Position numbers and translations under genes: made by a program. DNA of 64,000 bases from the IMG/VR virus record IMGVR_UViG_3300022918_000180; one strand, given 5' to 3'. Of this stretch, positions 54,803-62,497 are shown piece by piece. This DNA is from a virus. The notes below the pieces were generated by a model that was not told the DNA's origin, searched no databases, and saw only the letters and a list, made by a program, of their open reading frames with translations. Position 1 is the first letter of the stretch; each line of letters begins with the position of its first letter.

Positions 54803-54928
54803 AATCAGTTAGTGTTTTGAACTGTGTTAAGCCTTGTCGTAAAGTCGGCACCCCGGCCGGACGTGGAAGCCCGCCGGCCGGGATGGGTTTATTCCTGGGA
54901 CACCGCACCCGCGGGCCCGGGAAAATGG

Positions 54929-55096
54929 TTAGCGTTTCCGTCGGTTGATGGCTCGGGAGCGGCGGGCCTGCTTATTTTTCGCACGGTCGCCCCTCGCCTT
55001 GCAGTTCTTTTTCCTTGTCGCAGCATCTTCCTTTTTAGTGAGCATGTCGCAGTAGGCTTTGCCCATTGCCCGGTCGAAGCTGTCGTATTGGTGCAT
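54929..55096 (-). CDS. small basic hypothetical protein
   Basis: 55 aa below the track cutoff (MHQYDSFDR...), with the repeated leader. Confidence 0.5.
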   Translation of the reverse strand: MHQYDSFDRAMGKAYCDMLTKKEDAATRKKNCKARGDRAKNKQARRSRAINRRKR

Positions 55097-55129
55097 GATC
55101 TGAATTGTGTTAAGCCTTGTCCCGGTGTC

Positions 55130-55447
55130 CTACCAGTCCCACACCGGCAGATCGCCGATCACGTCGCCGTCCGCGTCGAAGCGGAGGTAATCGTAGCCCT
55201 TCCCCCGGAAGTAGGACACGACGGCGAAAAGCTCCGGGTCCTCCTTTTCGTCGAGATCGTTCTCGTCGATGCAGAGGAGATCGCCGCAGCCGCCTTTCAT
55301 CGTGGCCATGTGCGCCTCCTCCATGATCTCCGCGAGACGCTGGTAAACGTCGGCAGGGAGGTGCGCGGTGCTGATGACAGGCACGGACATGATCCACGGG
55401 CCGTCGAGGATGTTGACGTTTTGGGGGAGTGATTGAATGGCGCTCAT
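55130..55447 (-). CDS. conserved phage protein
   Basis: VISTAHL..YLRFDADG..I.DLP.WDW pattern. Confidence 0.6.
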   Translation of the reverse strand: MSAIQSLPQNVNILDGPWIMSVPVISTAHLPADVYQRLAEIMEEAHMATMKGGCGDLLCIDENDLDEKEDPELFAVVSYFRGKGYDYLRFDADGDVIGDLPVWDW

Positions 55448-55734
55448 GATGGTTTTGAAATTGTGTTAAGATTTGTAATTGGGGTGGTCAGCGGCTCCCG
55501 TTTCACCGGGATAAGTTTGCCGCAGTGTTCTGTCGGACACTGGCAGCACATCGCGGACTCATACCCGGGGATGCGCAGAAGCCGGTCGAACCAGTTGGTG
55601 GCAGGAATGCGGCGGGTGCCCACTTCCATTTCGGAATATGATCAGTCGACAACCGCGCCGCAGCGCAGGCAGGTTCCCCGGTAGGCGGGGATAATGGGCG
55701 GCGGCATCGGAGCGCCGGGAGTGATTATCTTCAT
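55444..55734 (-). pseudogene. Zn-ribbon protein interrupted by one in-frame TGA (55642-55644)
   Basis: MKIITPG..YRGTCLRCG half and CQCP..CG half lie in the same frame on either side of the stop. Confidence 0.5.
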
Positions 55735-55827
55735 GGGTCAGGTGTGGTGGTTGGCCGGTAATTCGACCGTTCAACCTCCCCGCCGGACGGGCGGGGAAGC
55801 TGCGTCGGTGGAATCGGTCCGGAGCTA

Positions 55828-56397
55828 TTAGCTGGCGGTGCTGTTGAGTTCCGCAGCAGTCGCGGCACGGTCCTCGTCGGTGATGTCCGAAGCGTGCGCC
55901 AAGTGGCAGACAGCCAGAACCGCGTCGTCGCTGACGGTGTCCGCAGTCCAGCGGGTCCACCCATCGCCTTCCATGGCGTCAGCATAGGCCCGGCTGACTT
56001 CTTCGAGGGCATACCAGGCCAGCGCGTTGAGAATCAGCGAATGGCAGTCGTCATCAGCGTCCGGGGCGAACAGCGCGGCGGCTACGTCGTCCAGGCCGTG
56101 ATCGTAGTTCTTCAGGCAGCGGAAAGTGTTGACAATCTCCACGGCGGAAGAGCCTTCATCATCCGCCTGTTCCTTCAGAGACTCCCGGATGGCGGGCAGG
56201 TTGGCCACTGCGAACGGCACGGTGTCGGTGTAGTAAGTGAAGCCGGAGAACCTGCCGTCCGCGCCGTGGTTCACAACGTCGGCAGCGTGTTCGGTGAAGT
56301 CCTCCCAGCCGCCAAGCTGGGCGACGACTGCCGCAGTCAGCGCGGCGGGGGTGAAGGACTTAGATGTGAAGGTGTCAAGGGTGAGCATCGTTTTCAT
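55828..56397 (-). CDS. acidic early protein, possible DNA mimic
   Basis: HG..G.FSGFTYYTDT...NALAWYALEEV motif; 33 Asp/Glu versus 10 Lys/Arg in 189 aa. Confidence 0.65.
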   Translation of the reverse strand: MKTMLTLDTFTSKSFTPAALTAAVVAQLGGWEDFTEHAADVVNHGADGRFSGFTYYTDTVPFAVANLPAIRESLKEQADDEGSSAVEIVNTFRCLKNYDHGLDDVAAALFAPDADDDCHSLILNALAWYALEEVSRAYADAMEGDGWTRWTADTVSDDAVLAVCHLAHASDITDEDRAATAAELNSTAS

Positions 56398-56525
56398 ATC
56401 AGTTAGCAGTGTTTCAGGTGTCAGGACCAAACCCGGCCCCGTGCTCCTAATATTGGTCACTTGACCAAAATGTCAAACGAATTATTTGCATTTGACAAAA
56501 ATTATTCTGCGGACAGATTGAGGGT

Positions 56526-56762
56526 ATGCCTGACGATGATTTTCCCGCCTACCTGTCCCGCTTTCCCGTGCAGGACGTGATTGATATTCTCCATTGCTCC
56601 CAGTGGACCGTTTACCAGTATCAGAACGGACGGCGCACGCCGAGGCCCTGGGTGCAGGAGATGATAAGGCGCGAACTCGGACCCGCTCCCGAACCGCAGC
56701 CGCTGCCGGTCGGTGCCACACGCCCGGTGGGACGGCCGCGCACGCTGACGAGCGTTCTCTGA
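56526..56762 (+). CDS. HTH DNA-binding protein, repressor/Cro candidate
   Basis: VIDILHCSQWTVYQYQNGRRTP HTH; monocistronic and opposite in strand to its neighbours. Confidence 0.7.
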   Translation: MPDDDFPAYLSRFPVQDVIDILHCSQWTVYQYQNGRRTPRPWVQEMIRRELGPAPEPQPLPVGATRPVGRPRTLTSVL

Positions 56763-56777
56763 CTTTCGCGGGAAAGC

Positions 56778-56815
56778 AAAAACCCGTCCGCCGGTTGAAC
56801 GGCGGACGGGTTTTT
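56778..56815. terminator. bidirectional intrinsic terminator
   Basis: AAAAACCCGTCCGCCG-GTTGAA-CGGCGGACGGGTTTTT. Confidence 0.85.
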
Positions 56816-56831
56816 CAGTTTGGGGGGAGTG

Positions 56832-57155
56832 TCAGGCTTGTGCGGCTTTTTCCTCATGGCGGTCGCATAACCTCCCGGCTTCCACGATGTTAAAAGCGGA
56901 ACCGATCCTTACACCCTTGAAGCGGGCCACAAAACAATCGTTCTCGCGTTCAATAGTGTAGCCGCTCCCCGCCGGGGCCGGTGCAGGCTTGGCAATGGGC
57001 TGGATGGCGGGGAATTCGAGGGACAGATATTTCTGGATTGCGGCGGAAAGCCGGTTGGTGCTGTAGTGGCCGCCGGGGGCGTCCATGTATGCGCGGCGTG
57101 CGGCGGCGAGGTGCGCGGGATTGAGCGCCGGGGGCGCGGTGGTTTCGGTTTCCAT
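56832..57155 (-). CDS. hypothetical protein
   Basis: 107 aa with the repeated leader. Confidence 0.55.
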   Translation of the reverse strand: METETTAPPALNPAHLAAARRAYMDAPGGHYSTNRLSAAIQKYLSLEFPAIQPIAKPAPAPAGSGYTIERENDCFVARFKGVRIGSAFNIVEAGRLCDRHEEKAAQA

Positions 57156-57185
57156 GGTGATTTGAAGTTATGTTAAGATTTGTAA

Positions 57186-57416
57186 TTAGGCCGGTTTAGC
57201 AGCGCGGACGATAGGCTTGTCGGAACTGTGCTCAAAATGGCGGCGGTTACGCTCAAGCCGGAGGGTGCTTAGCACTTCGTTTACTTTGGTCAGTTCGGAA
57301 GTCAGCGCAGAGATCCGGTCAATCACCTTGGAATCGATGTCCTTAGTGCGGCGGATACGGCGGATCAATTCAGGTCCGGAAATAGTTTCGAGATTTTCAA
57401 CGGATGGCAGTTTCAT
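57186..57416 (-). CDS. hypothetical coiled-coil protein
   Basis: 76 aa with CTAACACCTGACCT leader. Confidence 0.55.
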   Translation of the reverse strand: MKLPSVENLETISGPELIRRIRRTKDIDSKVIDRISALTSELTKVNEVLSTLRLERNRRHFEHSSDKPIVRAAKPA

Positions 57417-57426
57417 AGGTCAGGTG

Positions 57427-57636
57427 TTAGTTAAGAGTGAAGGGATTCGCCGCGTCCGCCATCGGGCGGGCAAGGTTGAGCGCCACCCCGCCGCCGGGCA
57501 GGACGGTCCAGCTGTGCCAGGCCGCACGGGCGGCGGCGTGCCGGCGGGCCATTTCCTTTTCGAGAACATGGCGGGCGTATCCGGGCGGATGGCATTCGAT
57601 GGCAATCAGGATCTGGGAGTCGGTCAGGTGTTTCAT
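57427..57636 (-). CDS. hypothetical protein
   Basis: 69 aa from MKHLTD. Confidence 0.5.
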   Translation of the reverse strand: MKHLTDSQILIAIECHPPGYARHVLEKEMARRHAAARAAWHSWTVLPGGGVALNLARPMADAANPFTLN

Positions 57637-57773
57637 GGCGTTAGTGTTTACGGCAGTAGGCAATGGCGAACGCCCGTTCCTCCGGGGTCAGGCAGGCAAG
57701 CTGCCATCCGTTCGCTTCCAGTTTGGCGGTTATTTGTTGGATAGTCATGGCGGGGGTTAGTGTTGAGTGCTGC

Positions 57774-58004
57774 TCAGTCATAGGGGATGATGTCCATGGG
57801 TGAATCGGAAAGGATAACGAAGGAGATTATTATCGTGTCCTCCTTTGTCATTTCGAAGTCCGCATCATTTAGTTTTGCCTCCTCAACAATATCCAACTTG
57901 AATTGCTGGACCGCTTTGAAAGGCTTTTCTGCCTCATAGGTGAATGCCGAATCTTCATCCGAAAAAGAAATGCGGCCGATGACTGTGTAGTAATCCGTTT
58001 TCAT
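57774..58004 (-). CDS. hypothetical acidic protein
   Basis: 76 aa, first gene after a promoter. Confidence 0.55.
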   Translation of the reverse strand: MKTDYYTVIGRISFSDEDSAFTYEAEKPFKAVQQFKLDIVEEAKLNDADFEMTKEDTIIISFVILSDSPMDIIPYD

Positions 58005-58196
58005 ATTGTGTCAGGTGTATAACCGGCGGGATTGCCGTGTTGACAGATTTATTGCACACGCCAAACCGGAAGGCAAATTAATTCTTTGCAATTGACCAAA
58101 ATTATTCAACGGCTTGCAATCCCGCCGCACCGCGTTATTATCCCACTGTCACGGATGGCCGTTTCCATGCCGTGAGTTTCATATCCGGTGTTAAGC

Positions 58197-58237
58197 AAAA
58201 ACCCCCGACGTGCTGTGCAAGCGCGCCGGGGGTTTTT
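58197..58237. terminator. probable bidirectional terminator
   Basis: AAAAACCCCCG...CGGGGGTTTTT. Confidence 0.6.
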
Positions 58238-58259
58238 CTGTTATTAGCGGTGGCGGATC

Positions 58260-58472
58260 TCAGGGGAGTTGCGGAAGCTGCGCCCGCCCGGTGGCGGTGA
58301 GGTTTGACAGCCGGAGGCATTCCGCAATTTTACGGTCGCCATTCCGGGCGATTTCATAACCTGTTTTCATAGCGGCAATGACGCGGTTCTCCGCCATGTT
58401 CAGGGACTTGCAAAGCTTCCGCCATTCCCGGCGGGAGATTCCGTCTTTCAAAAGTGAGTTTGAGTTTTTCAT
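58260..58472 (-). CDS. hypothetical protein
   Basis: 70 aa, preceded by the 48-bp repeat. Confidence 0.5.
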   Translation of the reverse strand: MKNSNSLLKDGISRREWRKLCKSLNMAENRVIAAMKTGYEIARNGDRKIAECLRLSNLTATGRAQLPQLP

Positions 58473-58477
58473 AGGGT

Positions 58478-58834
58478 GTTTTCAGTTAGTAGCGGCTTCC
58501 CGCCATAGCCGGAGCGGTGGACGGTCAGGCTTCTATACTTTGACGGGAACGCCGCGTTTCATCCACCCACACCAGCAATAGCCGGTGTGCTCAAGAATTA
58601 CGTGGCCTTCCCCGCTGCACCATTCCGTGGCGCGTGGATCATATGGGCGGGAGTCCTGTTCCCGCATCCGCGTTTCCTCAGCTTCAGTGGGAACGCGGGC
58701 GATGCCGGAAATGCAATTGCGGGTCGGGACGAAGATTAGTGTTTTCATATCGGTTTTAAATTGTGTCAGGCTTTGTATTTAGGACGGTTTTCAGTTAGTA
58801 GCGGCTTCCCGCCATAGCCGGAGCGGTGGACGGT
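58478..58834. repeat. 48-bp perfect direct repeat (58478-58525 and 58787-58834)
   Basis: GTTTTCAGTTAGTAGCGGCTTCCCGCCATAGCCGGAGCGGTGGACGGT occurs twice, flanking one small gene. Confidence 0.9.
58533..58748 (-). CDS. hypothetical protein
   Basis: 71 aa between the two 48-bp repeats. Confidence 0.55.
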   Translation of the reverse strand: MKTLIFVPTRNCISGIARVPTEAEETRMREQDSRPYDPRATEWCSGEGHVILEHTGYCWCGWMKRGVPVKV

Positions 58835-58857
58835 GCGGGCGGAAAGCGGGTGATATG

Positions 58858-59157
58858 CTATAGGGTGGCTTCCGCTGCGTCCAGTGGTCCGGCTTCCGCC
58901 GTGAAGTCGCGCAAAGCGGATTCAATGGTTTCCACCGGATCAATGTCCAGGGAGTGGGCAAGGTGAAGGATGTTGGATATCAGGTCGGAAATGTCCTCCT
59001 TCCCCCATGGTTGACTGCGGAGAAACTTGGCGGAAAAGCAGGATTCGGCAGAGTCCGCCTTCTCCTGATTTGTCAGGCTCTGCGGATCGTCCATGCCGTC
59101 AGTGGTTTCGCGGCGGTTAGGGTCGAAGTCGGGGAATTCAGTGTGGAAAAAGTCCAT
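58858..59157 (-). CDS. acidic hypothetical protein
   Basis: EDISDLISNILHLAH pattern common in phage small proteins. Confidence 0.6.
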   Translation of the reverse strand: MDFFHTEFPDFDPNRRETTDGMDDPQSLTNQEKADSAESCFSAKFLRSQPWGKEDISDLISNILHLAHSLDIDPVETIESALRDFTAEAGPLDAAEATL

Positions 59158-59187
59158 GGTGTCAGCTGTTTGGTTGAAGGTGGAAAA

Positions 59188-59340
59188 TCAGACGGCCTGC
59201 AAACGTGGCAGTGCTGCCACCGCTTCCGCGCGGGTCCAGTAATAGTTGATCAGGCGCCCGTTGCGGCGGATGACAAAGCGGGGGAGGGGGTGCCCGCCAG
59301 TGGCGCGGCGGAGAGTCCATTTTGCAGTTTTGGTTTTCAT
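59188..59340 (-). CDS. small basic hypothetical protein
   Basis: 50 aa below the track cutoff (MKTKTAKW...), bounded by duplicated spacers. Confidence 0.45.
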   Translation of the reverse strand: MKTKTAKWTLRRATGGHPLPRFVIRRNGRLINYYWTRAEAVAALPRLQAV

Positions 59341-59372
59341 ATTGTGTCAGGTGTTTGGTTGAGGGTGGAAAA

Positions 59373-59531
59373 TCAGGCGGCGGGTTCGGATATGTCAGGG
59401 CATCCTGCGGAAATCCACGCCGCGTTCCAGATTGCGTGGGGAGCGCTGAGGTATTTCGTCACCTCCCATAGCTGCGGGAAGGCGTCGGGAATCCATGATT
59501 GCAGGTCGATAATGTCAGCTTCAGGTTTCAT
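59373..59531 (-). CDS. small hypothetical protein
   Basis: 52 aa from MKPEAD. Confidence 0.45.
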   Translation of the reverse strand: MKPEADIIDLQSWIPDAFPQLWEVTKYLSAPHAIWNAAWISAGCPDISEPAA

Positions 59532-59725
59532 AGGGTGTTTGGTTTGGGTGAAAACGTGGCGCGGTAACAATAGACTTCGTCACGCTTTCCGCGCCGTGTT
59601 TGGGAGAAACCCCTCACCTTCATGGAGCATTGCGCGGCGATGAATGCTTGCTCCGTCACGCGCTTCCCGTCGATGAAATACCGGCGGTCCATGGTTTCCG
59701 TGTTGTAGGTGGTCAGAGTCTCCAT
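59528..59725 (-). CDS. small hypothetical protein
   Basis: 65 aa; RYFIDGKRVT pattern. Confidence 0.5.
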   Translation of the reverse strand: METLTTYNTETMDRRYFIDGKRVTEQAFIAAQCSMKVRGFSQTRRGKRDEVYCYRATFSPKPNTL

Positions 59726-59772
59726 GGCTTGCGTGCCAGCAATTTGCACCGCGCAATCCACAAAGCAAGATA

Positions 59773-60253
59773 ATTCTTTGCATTTGCACAAAATTATTCA
59801 ACGGCCAGTTACACGGCCATCCGTCCACACAATTTGCGGATAATAGGTTAGAGCGTGCCTTCCGGCATCGCTTCCGCCCGGAATCGGAACAATCGTCCCC
59901 ATGCAATCCGTTCATTCGGTCCGCGCCGCTTCCGGCCATAGCCTTCCATCGTCCGTCCGAACGCCAGGCGTTGGAACATGCGGCGGCGGTTTCTGCGGTG
60001 TGCGTTCATTTATTTACAAAGTCGAGAATGGCCTTCGCTGCCACCGCTTTTCCCTGCTCCCCCATTAGATAGGCGAAACGCTCTTTTGCATCGTCGCGCC
60101 AAAATTCCAGTGAATCGGTAGTCACGCGAAACGCCATGTTGATTGAATCACCGACGCGTTTTCCGTTGACACACAAGTTGCCGTTGAAATCCTGGGTGAT
60201 GGTTTTGATTTGTTTGGCCGTCATGCAATTAATTTTGTGCAAATGCAAAGAAT
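59773..60253. repeat. 24-bp perfect inverted repeat (59773-59796 / 60230-60253), operator or UP-element family
   Basis: ATTCTTTGCATTTGCACAAAATTA and its reverse complement; variants at 56481-56506 and 58081-58106. Confidence 0.85.
60006..60224 (-). CDS. hypothetical protein
   Basis: 72 aa from MTAKQI, possibly leaderless. Confidence 0.5.
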   Translation of the reverse strand: MTAKQIKTITQDFNGNLCVNGKRVGDSINMAFRVTTDSLEFWRDDAKERFAYLMGEQGKAVAAKAILDFVNK

Positions 60254-60336
60254 AGTCAAACGGTATTTGAAAGATTTACACGTTGCAGCGTCCACCATTG
60301 ACTTTTTGGCGTTTGCACAATAATACTGTCCACACA

Positions 60337-60852
60337 ATGTCCGTCGCGTTATCCACCATTCCCACCGCTGCCGGGCCGGGAAAAAAGCGCGGTCCGTATC
60401 GTCTGACCGATGCTGACCGGGAAAACCGCTCCAAACATATCCGGCAATTTGCCGGAATGGGGGGCCGGGCCGCAGCGGCAAAATCAACACCTGAAGAGCG
60501 GAAGGAACGGATGCGCCTTGCCCGTGCCGGACTTACGCGGAAAATGCAGATTATGAAGACTCTAGATGTGCCGGAATCGGTGGAAAACCTGAAGACACGG
60601 CGGAAGCGTCATGAGGCAAGCCGTGAGAAGATTTTGGATACTTTGGTCAAAATGGCCAAAGAACCGGATGCCGAACACCCGATTATGTCCGCCGCGCTGC
60701 GGGAATTGAGGGTGGAAGAGGATAGGCTTTACGCGAAAGAGAAAGAGGCAATTGCCGCCCGCGCTGCCGGTCTGACCCCGAAATCGCCTACTGCAAATCC
60801 GTCAGAATCTCCCTCCGATCCCGACAAGCCCTCCGTTTTGGCGAGTGATTAG
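60337..60852 (+). CDS. basic helical DNA-binding protein, terminase small subunit candidate
   Basis: GMGGRAAAAKSTPEERKE basic motif, helical core, disordered tail; own promoter-like element (TTGACT at 60298). Confidence 0.4.
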   Translation: MSVALSTIPTAAGPGKKRGPYRLTDADRENRSKHIRQFAGMGGRAAAAKSTPEERKERMRLARAGLTRKMQIMKTLDVPESVENLKTRRKRHEASREKILDTLVKMAKEPDAEHPIMSAALRELRVEEDRLYAKEKEAIAARAAGLTPKSPTANPSESPSDPDKPSVLASD

Positions 60853-61358
60853 AAGTATATCATCTAATCGTTTCCCCGTTGGGAAGCGCTTTGAGAATAT
60901 TATTGGGAATAATCCTCGCGTTGAACAGGGCAATTTGCCAGCGTGTGACGTGGGGCTTGAGCTACGGTATGCGTGCTGCGATCCTCTCTGCATTCATTGA
61001 AGGGGCCAGGGGGTAAGGAAACCCCGATTGTGGGAGGGTAGGGGGCCAAAGTAAGCGGGAAATCCTCTGATCCACTCCGCCCGTCATTCCACGCAGTGTT
61101 GACACGTGAGCAGGAGTTGCAGGGTGCCGGTTTCACTCTGTTTTTGTTAGACACCCACCCCTATAAGCAATACCCCCGCCTAACCAATACCCGGACAAAG
61201 GAAATCCCGCGGCACGGGTTACGTGTTGCGGGATTTTGGCACACCGGTGCTCTGCGTAAAGCAGGGCCACAGGTCGGGTGTTATTTCAACCGCGATCCAG
61301 CACTTTTACTATACTTTTTCGGTATGCTGGAGGGGTTGAGCATACCCAAAAGGTATGC

Positions 61359-61733
61359 TCAACTCCGCGGCCGGAACCGGCGGATGTCAAACAGCAGACC
61401 CTCCATGCCCTCGAATGTGTTTTTCCCGTAGGCCCAGTGGCTGTGGTCCCGGTTCCAGCGGTTGGTGGTCGGCCATGCGTTCCACGCCTGCTTGCCCAGC
61501 CGGATGATGAGGCGCGTGTTGCCGGTGGAGTAAATCTGCGCCCCTGTCTCGATGATGTCGCAGCGGATCTGCTCGAAGGTCTTGAGTGGTTTTGGTTCCG
61601 CCGGCGGCTCCGGGCCGGTGGGGCGTGGCTCGTCAATGGCGTCGAGGGCCTCCAGGAGCAGGTGGTGGGTGCGCGTCGGGTTGTGCTGGGCCAGCGCCTC
61701 CTTCAGGATGGCGGGGAGCAGGTGGAGTTTCAT
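61359..61733 (-). CDS. hypothetical protein, paralog of 61960-62286
   Basis: Shared W..WPT...W...EG.E.L..DIRRF C-terminus. Confidence 0.6.
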   Translation of the reverse strand: MKLHLLPAILKEALAQHNPTRTHHLLLEALDAIDEPRPTGPEPPAEPKPLKTFEQIRCDIIETGAQIYSTGNTRLIIRLGKQAWNAWPTTNRWNRDHSHWAYGKNTFEGMEGLLFDIRRFRPRS

Positions 61734-61963
61734 TTCGGTATTGGTTCGAGTTGGACAAGCTGGGTGACGTAGGGGGCACAGCGCGGCCGACGCACCATCG
61801 CCCACTTCCCGGAGACGGCCATAAGAGTGACCTCCCGGCAATCAACCTCCATTATCCCCCGGCTGCACGGCCGGTTCGACGGGCTGATCACGACGTGGTG
61901 ACACTTTTTACCCACTTTGCAGCGGCGGGCAGTTTCGAGCAGGGCGTCTTGTTTAGTTTTCAT
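61730..61963 (-). CDS. hypothetical protein
   Basis: 77 aa, ATGA coupling. Confidence 0.5.
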   Translation of the reverse strand: MKTKQDALLETARRCKVGKKCHHVVISPSNRPCSRGIMEVDCREVTLMAVSGKWAMVRRPRCAPYVTQLVQLEPIPK

Positions 61964-62286
61964 TTTGCAAACCTCCTTATATCCGCGAAGAGCTTCTCAA
62001 TTCCCTCGACTATTCCCTGCGGACTGCCTATGCGCCGCCACTTGTGTCCGGTGGGCCACACCTCCCACTGCCGGCGGTGGGCTTTGATACGCAAATGCGT
62101 AGGCTCCTTGAGCCAGACGTAGGCAATACCCTCCTCGTCCAGCCGGCGCAGGTTGGCAGACAGGATGTTCTCGCGGTCGGGGCCTTCGAGCAGCGTGATC
62201 GCCCGCTCGACTCCGGTTCGGAACGCCTCCCACGTGTCCTCGTTCAGAGTGTCGCGGAGAAGTTGGATGACGTGCGGGACGTTCAC
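61960..62286 (-). CDS. hypothetical protein, paralog of 61359-61733
   Basis: Shared C-terminal motif; SD-like GGAGG upstream. Confidence 0.6.
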   Translation of the reverse strand: MNVPHVIQLLRDTLNEDTWEAFRTGVERAITLLEGPDRENILSANLRRLDEEGIAYVWLKEPTHLRIKAHRRQWEVWPTGHKWRRIGSPQGIVEGIEKLFADIRRFAK

Positions 62287-62489
62287 CCTTCCTCCTTCCC
62301 GTCGTGGGTGTTGACCGTCCGGTAATTGTCATGCGCGCCCAGGTCGCGCTTCAGACGGAACACGATTTCGGAGGCGAGGCTGCGCTCGCTGACCGCGGCG
62401 GCGTCCTGCAGGTAGCACTTGAGCCCGTAGTCGATCGAGATCGAAATACGGGTCATCGTGTCGGCGGATAGATCGAATGGCTCACTCAT
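62283..62489 (-). CDS. Arc-like ribbon-helix-helix regulator
   Basis: TRISISI strand and ERSLASEIVFRL helix (Arc family pattern). Confidence 0.7.
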   Translation of the reverse strand: MSEPFDLSADTMTRISISIDYGLKCYLQDAAAVSERSLASEIVFRLKRDLGAHDNYRTVNTHDGKEEG

Positions 62490-62497
62490 AGAGCACC

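Noticed and set aside
54800-59950. CRISPR array or anti-CRISPR repeat array
   Set aside because: The repeats belong to different families, occur only in pairs, and are separated by whole genes rather than 30-40-nt spacers; no cas genes (the DUF2800 gene is a replication-module nuclease)
61002-61045. G-quadruplex-forming G-runs
   Set aside because: One loop is long and G-runs are common at this GC content; kept only as a feature of the possible packaging region
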